A program made the translations under genes and the position numbers. A stretch of 63,730 nucleotides of DNA, counting the filler, from Thermodesulfobacteriota bacterium (lineage in GTDB: Bacteria > DASVDK01): NCBI GenBank assembly GCA_036381125.1. It is 7 parts of 7 records of this genome, joined end to end, with 100 filler letters (N's around TTAATTAATTAA, not from the genome) between each part and the next. Parts side by side here need not be neighbours in the genome. Positions count along the whole stretch, not along the records: positions 35,486 to 46,917 come from DASVDK010000153.1; positions 47,018 to 54,001 come from DASVDK010000156.1; 5 more parts are not named here. One strand, written 5' to 3'. How positions within the stretch are numbered: position 1 is the stretch's first letter; every line of letters begins with the position of its first letter. The notes beneath the pieces were generated by a model that saw only the letters and a program-made list of their open reading frames with translations, was not told the origin of the DNA and made no database searches. Below are positions 40,987-49,131 of this stretch, piece after piece.

Positions 40987-41100
40987 CCTCCATCACCGGC
41001 TCGCGGCCGGCTTCCGCTCCGCCCGGGGTAAACCCGGGCTCCGCTCGTCGGCGCCCCTTCGGGGCGCCAACCGCCTGAGGCCGCTCGCCTCGGCGGCGCC
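40987..41100 (-). repeat. Structured intergenic repeat, copy B (fills the exbD-tonB gap)
   Basis: Colinear with 26085-26197; ends in the GGAGG SD of tonB. Confidence 0.8.
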
Positions 41101-41523
41101 TCACGGCGCCGCCTCCGGCGCCTTCGGGGCGACGGACACGGCGAGCCGCGCGACGCCGGCCTGACGCGCCGCGTCCATGACCGCCACGACGCGGCCGTGC
41201 TCGACCGCACGGTCGGCGTTGACGACGACGACGAGGTCCGGGTTGCCGGCCGCGGCGGCGCGAAGGCGCGCGGGGAGCGTCTCGACGTCGACCGGCTCCC
41301 GGTCCACGTAGAGGCCGCCCGCCTCGGTGAGCGTGAGCGTGACCGGCACGCTCCGCCTGTCGCTCTCGCCCGAGGCGGCCGACGGGAGGTTCACCCGGAG
41401 CCCCCTGGCCGTGGTCATCGAGAGGCTCGCCATCATGAAGAAGACGAGCAGGAAGAAGACCACGTCGATCATCGGGATGATCTCGATGCGGCCGGTCCGG
41501 CGGCCGCGCCTCGCCACCCTCAC
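41101..41523 (-). CDS. exbD: Biopolymer transport protein ExbD
   Basis: IIPMIDVVFFLLVFFM, VNLP, NAD..HGRVVAVMD. Confidence 0.93.
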   Translation of the reverse strand: MRVARRGRRTGRIEIIPMIDVVFFLLVFFMMASLSMTTARGLRVNLPSAASGESDRRSVPVTLTLTEAGGLYVDREPVDVETLPARLRAAAAGNPDLVVVVNADRAVEHGRVVAVMDAARQAGVARLAVSVAPKAPEAAP

Positions 41524-41993
41524 GCGGCGACCTCGCGCCCGCGGGGCGCCGCCTCCCGCGCCCGCGGCGCCGGCGACTCGGCGAGCAGGAGTTCCAGGCG
41601 CGAGCCGTAGCGGTCGATCGTCTCGAGGAGCGACTCGACGCGCGCGTTGAAGAGGTTGTAGGGGACGAGGGCGAGGATGGCGACGCCGAGGCCGGTGGCC
41701 GTGGCGACGAGCGCCTCGGCGACGCCGCCCGTGATCGCGTTCGGCTCGTTCATCCCCGAGGAGGCCATGATCCCGAAGGCGCCGATCATCCCGGTGACCG
41801 TGCCGAGGACCGCCCGCGCGAGCAGCGCGTCGGAGTCGGCGAGCGAGCCGACCCGCCGCCACGTCCATGCGCGCTCGATGACGATCGCCAGGGCGAGGAT
41901 CGAGCAGACGCCGAGCGGAATCATGACGAGCCCGCCCTTGACGAGCAGGTCGAGGGTTGCTCCGATCACGGGCCACTCCGATGCCGGACTCAT
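41520..41993 (-). CDS. exbB: ExbB/TolQ with in-frame internal deletion (possibly non-functional)
   Basis: TM1 GGLVMIPL..IIER-like, then directly LGTVTGMI and GGVAEALVATATGL; cytoplasmic loop and APLLGL missing. Confidence 0.8.
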   Translation of the reverse strand: MSPASEWPVIGATLDLLVKGGLVMIPLGVCSILALAIVIERAWTWRRVGSLADSDALLARAVLGTVTGMIGAFGIMASSGMNEPNAITGGVAEALVATATGLGVAILALVPYNLFNARVESLLETIDRYGSRLELLLAESPAPRAREAAPRGREVAA

Positions 41994-42092
41994 GCTGTCG
42001 ATCAGCCTACCTTTCGATAAAGACCTGGCCAACCCTCTCTCGAGGAGGTTGCCTCGGCCAGGTGGGCATGCGAGGCTGCTGCTGGCGCGGCG

Positions 42093-43466
42093 TCACAGCG
42101 ACTCGAGGAACCGGAGCAGCGCCTCCCGGTCGGCCTTCGGGAGGCGCCGGAACGCCTCCCTGGCGGCCTCGGCCTCGCCGCCGTGCCAGAGGATCGCCTC
42201 GGCGAGCCCGCGCGCGCGGCCGTCGTGCAGAAAGCGCGTATGGCCGTTGACGGCCCGCACGAGCCCGATCCCCCAGAGGGGAGGCGTGCGCCACTCGCGT
42301 CCCGTGGCCTCGCCGTCCGGCCGGCCGTCGGCGAGGCCCTCCCCCATGTCGTGCAACAGGAGATCGGTGAAGGGATGGATCCGCTGGTTCGAGACCTCGG
42401 GCACCGTCGGATGCGCGCCGGTCTCGAGCGTCGGCACGTGGCAGGCGGTGCAGCCCGAGTCGTGGAAGAGCCGCTCGCCCCGGAGGACCTCCGGCGCCGC
42501 CGCGCGGCGTCGCATGGGGACGGCGAGGGTCTGCGTGTAGAGCGTCAACCGGTCGAGGAACTCGTCGGAGACCTCCGGCCGGCCGCCGGCCGGCGCCGCG
42601 CGGCAGGCCTCCTGGGCCGGGGCGCAGTTCTCCTCCGGGAAGAGCGTGGTCGTGAGCCCGATGTCGCCCAGCGCGGCCGCCGCGTTCTGCTGGCGCAGCG
42701 TCGCGACGCTCGCCTTCCACCCGAAGCGGCCGATGGCGCGGCCGCCGCGCACCGGGTCGTCGACGACGTTCGGCCGGCCCGAGATCCCGTCGCCGTCGCG
42801 GTCCTCGGGGTCGGCGAGCGCGAGAAGCGTGGCGTCGGGGATCGCCTCGAGGAGCCCCAGGCCGATGACCGCCGGCGCGACCCGCGGCGACAGCCGTACG
42901 TCGCCGCCGAGCGGCCCGTAGGCGAGGTCCACCACGCGGTAGCGCGGCACGGCGAGGCTGTACGGCTCCCCGTCGGCGTAGCGTCCCGGCCGCTCCCGGT
43001 AGGTGACGGCGACGCGCCCCTCGGCCGGCACGCCGGGGACGGCACGGTCGCTCAGTTGATCGCCGTACACCGGGTGCGGCCGGCCGTCGGCGTGGCCGAG
43101 GCGCACGAGCATCGACGTCATCGGCTCGTCGGGCCCGGCGGGCGGCCGGCCGCGCCCGTCGCGCACGTGGCAGCCCGAGCAGGACACGCGGTTGAAGAGG
43201 GGTCCGAGGCCGTCGAAGCTGTCGACCGAGGCCGGCGCGATCGTCCAGTTGGTGTTGAAGAGCCGGTTGCCGAAGAAGAATTCGCGCACCCGGTCGGCCG
43301 GCAGATTGGCCGCCGGCAGCGTGAACGCGGTCCGGCCCAGGGCCGGCCGCGACGTGGCGCCGCCCGGCGCCGGACCGATCCTCCCCGCCTCCCGCGCTCC
43401 GGCGAGCGCGGCGCCCGCGGCCAGTGCCCCGAGCGCCGCGAGCGCCGCAACGAGCCGTCGCGTCAT
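42093..43466 (-). CDS. Di-heme oxidoreductase family (DUF1111/DHOR)
   Basis: DGLGPLFN, CSGCH, GLGLLEAI, GRFGWKA, CTACH, TDLLLHDMG, WRTPPLWG, LHDGRAR. Confidence 0.93.
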   Translation of the reverse strand: MTRRLVAALAALGALAAGAALAGAREAGRIGPAPGGATSRPALGRTAFTLPAANLPADRVREFFFGNRLFNTNWTIAPASVDSFDGLGPLFNRVSCSGCHVRDGRGRPPAGPDEPMTSMLVRLGHADGRPHPVYGDQLSDRAVPGVPAEGRVAVTYRERPGRYADGEPYSLAVPRYRVVDLAYGPLGGDVRLSPRVAPAVIGLGLLEAIPDATLLALADPEDRDGDGISGRPNVVDDPVRGGRAIGRFGWKASVATLRQQNAAAALGDIGLTTTLFPEENCAPAQEACRAAPAGGRPEVSDEFLDRLTLYTQTLAVPMRRRAAAPEVLRGERLFHDSGCTACHVPTLETGAHPTVPEVSNQRIHPFTDLLLHDMGEGLADGRPDGEATGREWRTPPLWGIGLVRAVNGHTRFLHDGRARGLAEAILWHGGEAEAAREAFRRLPKADREALLRFLESL

Positions 43467-44794
43467 TCGCTCGCGACGACGACGAGCACGCCGAGCTTCC
43501 GGCCCGCCTCCTTGAACCCCTCGGCCAGCTCCCGGAGCGCCTCGGCCGCCGCCTCGGCCGTCCGGCGCTCGACGCTGCCCTTCGGCGAGGCGAGGACCCG
43601 ATCGTACGGGTGCTCGATGGCGATCAGCGCCGCCTCGGCGCGGTTGAGGAGGCCGACGATGCGCGCGTTGAGCGCCGGGTCGACCGACTCGACGAGGCGG
43701 TCGAGGCCGGCGCCGGCGGTGTCGCCGTACGCGCCGAAGTAGACGTTGCGGATGCCGCGGAGGTTGTAGATATGGTCGTTGCGGGTGGTGTCGCTGAAGC
43801 AGGAGTGCTCGTCCTCCTGGTCCCCGCTGTCGAGCCCCACGGCGATCCGCTCGGACGCCAGCTCGAAGCCGGCGAGCGTCGCCATGCCGGCGAGCATCCG
43901 GCCGAGCGCCTCGCGCTGGTCGAGCGCGACGAAGCGCGCGGCGTAGTTATCGGGCCTGCCCGGCTCCCACGCCGCCGCGAGGGCGCCCAGGTCGTCGACG
44001 AGCAGGTCGGTCACGACGCGGAGGTACCGACGCCGGCGGTCGTTGGCCGCCTTGCCGGGCAGGTAGTCCGAGGCCGGACGGTTGCCCGGGCCGGTCGGCG
44101 AGAGGTCCTGCCCCCAGAGGAGGAACTCGATCGCGTGCCACCCCGTCGTCACGTCGGCCTCGTCGGTGACCTGGTCGCGCTCGAGGAGCGCGGCGCGGGT
44201 GATCGGCACGCGGCGGTCGTTCACGATGCCGCCCCGGGCGTTGCCCTTCGTGTAGTCGATGAAGCCCTCGTTGAGCGGCCAGGCGTTGATGCGCCCCTCG
44301 GGCCCCGGCGCGCCGGTCTCCGGGTCGGCCACGTCGATCGGCCCGTCGTAGAACCGGAAGACCTCCGTCTGCATGTACGGCACCCGGGCGTTGATCCACG
44401 CGAAACGGGCCTCGGCCAGCGTCTCGGCCGACGGCTTCGCGAGGAAGGCGTCGATCCGGGCCTTCATGCGGACGGCCGCGTCGTGGGCCGCCCGGTAGGT
44501 CGCGTGCACGACCTTCGCGTAGGTCTCGATCTGCGGCCGGGCGTCGTAGCGGAGGGCGCTCTCGTCGGCGAGGTTGAGCTTGTAGCTCGACAGTACGCCG
44601 CCCCCCTCGCCCCCTTCCCCGCCCTCGCCCCCCTCGCCGCCGGCCGCGAAGGCCGGCGTCGCCGGGCCGATGGGCAGAAGGTCGTGCGCCGCGTCGTCCC
44701 GCGCGCCGCGGTCGGGTGTGTGCATCGCATCGGGCGCCGCGCCGAGCAGCAGATACGCGCCGATGCCGATCCAGATCTTCGTCGTCCGATTCAT
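43463..44794 (-). CDS. Imelysin-family (IrpA-like) protein with GGE repeat
   Basis: INAWPLNEGFIDY, GWHAIEFLLWGQD, EDEHSCFSD. Confidence 0.93.
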   Translation of the reverse strand: MNRTTKIWIGIGAYLLLGAAPDAMHTPDRGARDDAAHDLLPIGPATPAFAAGGEGGEGGEGGEGGGVLSSYKLNLADESALRYDARPQIETYAKVVHATYRAAHDAAVRMKARIDAFLAKPSAETLAEARFAWINARVPYMQTEVFRFYDGPIDVADPETGAPGPEGRINAWPLNEGFIDYTKGNARGGIVNDRRVPITRAALLERDQVTDEADVTTGWHAIEFLLWGQDLSPTGPGNRPASDYLPGKAANDRRRRYLRVVTDLLVDDLGALAAAWEPGRPDNYAARFVALDQREALGRMLAGMATLAGFELASERIAVGLDSGDQEDEHSCFSDTTRNDHIYNLRGIRNVYFGAYGDTAGAGLDRLVESVDPALNARIVGLLNRAEAALIAIEHPYDRVLASPKGSVERRTAEAAAEALRELAEGFKEAGRKLGVLVVVASE

Positions 44795-44853
44795 GTCGTC
44801 CCCTCCGCTCCTACCATCGTGTCCGCGGCTGCCCGCGCACACAGGAGGCCGCG

Positions 44854-45531
44854 ATGATCCTCTGCATTGCCGACGTCCTCTCCCGCGACGAGGCGGCCGA
44901 CCTCCGGCGCGCCCTCGAGCGCGCCCCCTTCGAGGACGGCCGCGCGACGGCCGGCTGGAACGCGCGCCAGGTCAAGCGCAACACGCAACTGCCCCCCCGA
45001 TCGCCGCAGGCGAGGGCGCTCGCACGGGTGGTCGCGGCGGCCCTGCGCCGCAACCCGGTGTTCGAGCTGGCCGTGCGGCCGAAGGCGGTGCGGCCGATCC
45101 TCTTCGCCCGCTACGAGCCGGGCATGCAGTACGGCACGCACGTGGACGACGCCGTCATGAGCCGCGGTGCGAGCCGCGCGACGCGCTCCGACGTCTCCTT
45201 CACGCTCTTCCTGGCCGACCCGGCCTCCTACGACGGCGGGGAGCTGGTCATGGAGGGCCCTCAGGGGGAGCAGGCCTTCAAGCTCGACCCCGGCGCGCTC
45301 GTCGCGTACCCCTCCTCGAGCCTCCATCGCGTCGAGCCGGTCACGCGCGGCGTCCGCCTCGTGGCGGTCGGATGGGCGCAGAGCCTCGTGCGCGACCCGG
45401 CGCGCCGGGAGCTGCTCTTCGACCTCGACACGGCGCGTCGCACCCTGTTCGAGCGGCACGGCAAGACACGCGAGTTCGACCTCCTGTCGAAGACCTTCGC
45501 GAACCTGCTGCGGATGTGGGCGGAACCCTGA
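44854..45531 (+). CDS. PKHD-type Fe(II)/2OG hydroxylase, PiuC/YbiX-like
   Basis: DGRATAG, YGTHVDDA, YDGGEL, YPSSSLHRV, NLLRMWAE; AGGAGG SD. Confidence 0.93.
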   Translation: MILCIADVLSRDEAADLRRALERAPFEDGRATAGWNARQVKRNTQLPPRSPQARALARVVAAALRRNPVFELAVRPKAVRPILFARYEPGMQYGTHVDDAVMSRGASRATRSDVSFTLFLADPASYDGGELVMEGPQGEQAFKLDPGALVAYPSSSLHRVEPVTRGVRLVAVGWAQSLVRDPARRELLFDLDTARRTLFERHGKTREFDLLSKTFANLLRMWAEP

Positions 45532-45541
45532 CGGGCACGGG

Positions 45542-45745
45542 CTACTTCGTGAGGATGAGCTTCCCCGCGCGGGTGATCCGCAGCCGGTACTCCTCGCCGC
45601 CGTGCAGGATGAGCACCTCGCGGCTCCCCTCGAAGAGCAGGCGGCTCGGGTAGCGGCGCCGCGGGACGGGCCGCGCCGCCGGCTCCTCGTCGCATCGGGC
45701 CTCGCAGCGGTCGAGCCCCGGTTCGCCACGCGGCTCGGTCGTCAC
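45542..45745 (-). CDS. hemP: Hemin uptake protein HemP/HmuP
   Basis: S..LF.G.REV.I.H.GE.YRLRITRAGKLILTK; GTGA overlap. Confidence 0.92.
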   Translation of the reverse strand: MTTEPRGEPGLDRCEARCDEEPAARPVPRRRYPSRLLFEGSREVLILHGGEEYRLRITRAGKLILTK

Positions 45746-46119
45746 GCGGTCACCCCCGCGGCCCGCGGCGTGGCCCCCGCCCGGTTGAGCCGCTCCTCGA
45801 GCCGGATGCGGCGACGCGCCGCGAGGGCCGCGAGCCCCGGGTCCTCGCGGAACGGCCGCCGCCTGAGCTGCTGGGCGGCGTCCACCCGACGCCCGCGGGC
45901 CTGGTAGACGCGGCGCAGCGCCTCGCACATGAGGGCGCGGCCGGCGTTGTACCCGTACGCGGACTTGTAGGCCTCGCTCGAGAGGCCGTGCCGGGCCAGG
46001 TGGGTGTTGGTGAGCTGCCGGAAGGCCCGACCGCAGGCGAGACAGACGATCATCGTCTCGCCGATGGCCAGGCGGGGGTCGGCTCGAAGCGCGTCGAGGG
46101 GCCAGGATGCCGTCGTCAT
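45742..46119 (-). CDS. Ros/MucR-like zinc-finger regulator
   Basis: IVCLACGRAFRQL..THLARHGLS..Y...YG. Confidence 0.8.
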   Translation of the reverse strand: MTTASWPLDALRADPRLAIGETMIVCLACGRAFRQLTNTHLARHGLSSEAYKSAYGYNAGRALMCEALRRVYQARGRRVDAAQQLRRRPFREDPGLAALAARRRIRLEERLNRAGATPRAAGVTA

Positions 46120-46186
46120 GTCGGATAGTCTGTACTAACTTCCTCAGTATGCCTACCGTCTCTTAAGGAGGTTACCAGTACTATCC

Positions 46187-46305
46187 GGGGTCAGGCCTCA
46201 ACTTTTTCCATGGGGTCAGGTCTTTCCGTTTTCCAACCCGAGAGAACGGCCAGGCCTGGAAAATGGATAGACCTGACCCCCTGGAAACTGGAAAGACCTG
46301 ACCCC
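46187..46305. repeat. Palindromic cluster of four GGGGTCAG-type units
   Basis: Direct 46187-46210 and 46212-46235; inverted 46257-46280 and 46282-46305. Confidence 0.9.
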
Positions 46306-46308
46306 CCT

Positions 46309-46548
46309 TCAGTCTGTGAGGAGGGTGCGGACGTCCGTTTCGAGGATCTCGGCGAGCCGCTCGAGGGTGCGGAGGGTCAGGTTGACCTGACCGGCCTCGA
46401 TGCGCTGCAGGTACTTGAAGTTGAAGAGGCGCGCCTCGATGTCGGCCTCGCCGAGGCCGCGCGCCTTGCGGAGGGCCCGGACGCGGCGGCCGACCTGCCG
46501 CGCCAGGTCGTCAGGCTCGCCGAGCGTCCGGGTCGTGGATCGGGGCAC
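46309..46548 (-). CDS. XRE-family HTH regulator
   Basis: VGRRVRALRKARGL..YLQRIEAGQVNLTLRTLERLA; AAGGAG SD. Confidence 0.85.
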   Translation of the reverse strand: MPRSTTRTLGEPDDLARQVGRRVRALRKARGLGEADIEARLFNFKYLQRIEAGQVNLTLRTLERLAEILETDVRTLLTD

Positions 46549-47017
46549 GCCTCGTCTCCTTAGGACCGGCCGTGGATGCCCGCGGGCCGTCAGCCGGCCC
46601 GGCCCCCGGACGTGGCGACACAGCGCCGGCCACGCTGTGAAGTTAGTAGACACTGACTCGGCGATGATGCTGCCACGCTCTCCGCAGCTCTGTCAACACG
46701 AATGACGGTGACACGTGTCGATGAACCTGTGGGACCGGCGAGCCGGATCCGTTGCCGAGGTGACACCGCGCGCCCGACCCCTGGCCGTGGCGTCTCAGGT
46801 GCTTGGAATCGCTGGCAGGTCCGGCGTCCGCCTCCCTATTCGGGAGGCAGCGCGGCGAGGAGGAGATCCGCAGGTGCATGGTCGGCGACGTGGCGGGCGT
46901 AGTGGGCGAGGCGGATGNNNNNNNNNNNNNNNNNNNNNNNNNNNNNNNNNNNNNNNNNNNNTTAATTAATTAANNNNNNNNNNNNNNNNNNNNNNNNNNN
47001 NNNNNNNNNNNNNNNNN

Positions 47018-47362
47018 GGCCGGCTCCGGGTGGCCGACCTCGTGGCGCGGCGCCAGCGCCCCTCCGTCCTCGGCGGCCGCCCCCGCCCCAAGGTCGCGAC
47101 GCACGTCGAGATCGACAACGAGGCATCGGACACCCACACCGTCATCGACGTCTACGCGCAGGACCGGATCGGCCTCCTCTACTCGATCACCAACGCCCTG
47201 GCCGCGACCGGGCTCACCATCGCCCTCGCCAAGATCACGACCAAGGGGGACCGCGCCGAGGACGTCTTCTACGTGACCGACATCTTCGGCCACAAGATCA
47301 CCTCGCCCTCGAAGCTCGAGGACATCCGCACGGCGCTCCGCGCCGCCATCACCGGCGCCTGA
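47018..47362 (+). CDS. glnD: PII uridylyltransferase, C-terminal ACT fragment
   Basis: IDNEASDTHTVIDVYAQDRIGLLY, AKITTKGDRAEDVFYV. Confidence 0.9.
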   Translation, partial: GRLRVADLVARRQRPSVLGGRPRPKVATHVEIDNEASDTHTVIDVYAQDRIGLLYSITNALAATGLTIALAKITTKGDRAEDVFYVTDIFGHKITSPSKLEDIRTALRAAITGA

Positions 47363-47364
47363 CG

Positions 47365-47413
47365 GGGGTCAGGTCTTTCCATTTTCCATGGGGTCAGGTC
47401 TTTCCGTTTTCCA
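47365..47413 (+). repeat. Tandem pair of GGGGTCAG-type units
   Basis: 47365-47388 and 47390-47413, one mismatch. Confidence 0.9.
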
Positions 47414-47476
47414 GGGGCCGGCCCCGGGGTGGCGCACGTCTCCGACGGCGCCCGGCGGCCGCGCTACCATACGCCC

Positions 47477-48538
47477 ATGCCTCTCTTCGGGAAGTCCAGA
47501 ATCCGGCTCACCGAGTACGCTGCCTGCGCCGGGTGAGCGTCCAAGCTGGGTCCGGCGGACCTGGCCCGAGTCCTGGCGCCGCTCACGGCCTACACCCACC
47601 CGGACCTCCTGGTGGGGCTCAACCCGGCCGATGACGCGGCGATCTACCGCATCGCGCCCGGCGTGGCGCTGGTGCAGACGGTCGACTTCTTCCCGCCGGT
47701 CGTGGACGACCCCTACGCGTTCGGCGCCATCGCCGCGGCCAACGCGATGAGCGACGTCTTCGCGAAGGGGGGGCGCGTGATCCTCGCCCTCAACATCGCC
47801 GGCTTCCCCGCGGAGCTGCCGCCCGAGGTGATCACCCGGATCTTCCAGGGGGGCGCCGACAAGGTCGCCGAGGCGGGGGGAATCGTCGCGGGCGGGCACA
47901 CCGTTGTCGACAAGGAGCCGAAGTACGGCCTCTGCGTGACCGGTCTCGTCGACCCGGCGCAGGTGAGGACCAAGGGCGGCGCCGCGCCGGGCGACCGCCT
48001 CGTCCTCACCAAGCCGCTCGGCACCGGCGTGGTTGCCACGGCCGGCAAGTTCGAGAAGGCGAAGCCCGAGGACCTCGAGGCGGCCATCGCCAGCATGATG
48101 GCCCTCAACCAGGGGGCGTCGAAGGCGATGGTGGCCGGCGGCGCCAGTGCGGCGACCGACATCACCGGCTTCGGCCTGCTCGGCCATGCCGCCGAGATGC
48201 TGCGCGGCGGCAGCGTTCGCTTCCTCATCGATGCGGCCGCCGTGCCGCTCCTACCCGGCGCGCGCGACTACGCCAGGCGGGGCCTCCTCAGCGGCGGCGC
48301 GAAGCGCAACCGGGCCTTCCTCACGGGACCCGAGGCGCCGGTCCCGGTCGAGCTCGGCGCCGATGTCGAGCGTCTCACGGCCGACCTCCTCTTCGACAGT
48401 GAGACCTCGGGCGGCCTCCTCGTCGCCATCCCCCCCGATCGGACCGGGCTCCTCCTCGAGCGCCTGGAGGCCGAGGGAAGCCGCGGGTGGGTGATCGGCG
48501 AGGTCCGCCCCGGCCCGCCGGCGGTCGAGGTCCGCTGA
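47477..48538 (+). CDS. selD: Selenophosphate synthetase, selenocysteine-containing
   Basis: RLTEYAACAG-TGA(47534)-ASKL in frame with DDAAIY, QTVDFF, GGHT, TDITGFGLLGH, ETSGGLL. Confidence 0.95.
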
Positions 48539-48576
48539 GGCCGGGGCCCGGGGCCGCGGGGCGCTATAATCGCGGC

Positions 48577-48885
48577 ATGCGAGGCGAGGGCCCGTCCACC
48601 ATCACGTTCGTCCACTACGTGCTCGGCGCCGCCATCGACGACATCTGCCGCCGCCACGGGCTGGCCGACGAGGACGCCCGGCTCGTCGACGAGCTCCTCT
48701 CGCAGTGGGAGAAGCTCGCGGGGCTCCGCGACGCGCAGCTCAAGATGGCCGAGCGGATGACCGAGGGGCACGCCAAGAAGGAGAAGCTCATGGACGCCAT
48801 GCTGGAGATCAGCAAGGCGTTCGCGAGCCACCCCAGCCGCACGCCCGAGAAGTTCCGGGCCTGGAAGACCTTCAAGGACCTCTGA
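48577..48885 (+). CDS. Hypothetical helical protein
   Basis: Strong GC3 codon bias; TATAAT 6 nt upstream of ATG. Confidence 0.75.
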   Translation: MRGEGPSTITFVHYVLGAAIDDICRRHGLADEDARLVDELLSQWEKLAGLRDAQLKMAERMTEGHAKKEKLMDAMLEISKAFASHPSRTPEKFRAWKTFKDL

Positions 48886-48897
48886 TCGGTCCCTCCC

Positions 48898-48946
48898 GGG
48901 GTCAGGCCTTTCCGTTTTCCACGAGTTGGGGTCAGGTCGTGACCCC
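48898..48946 (+). repeat. GGGGTCAG-type unit plus mini-hairpin
   Basis: 48898-48921 unit; GGGGTCA-GGTCG-TGACCCC at 48928-48946. Confidence 0.85.
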
Positions 48947-49131
48947 GTGTGGGCCGATGGATCGGCCCCTGTGCCGGCGTGCCGCCCACGGCCCGCTCTG
49001 CCGGCGCGCCGGGCGCGCCCGGACCCCGCTTCGCGGGCGTCCCATCGCCCCTGTTCGGGCGTGCCTCCGAAGGGCCGGCGTCACGGCGCTCGGGCCGCGG
49101 CCCGGGGCCGCTTGCGCGGCCCACATTCCCG

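Noticed and set aside
42022-42063. Hairpin between the di-heme gene and exbB
   Set aside because: Irregular stem and weak T tract; cannot call it a terminator
46187-48946. GGGGTCAG units as a CRISPR array
   Set aside because: No spacers of regular length, inverted copies, dispersed sites, no cas genes
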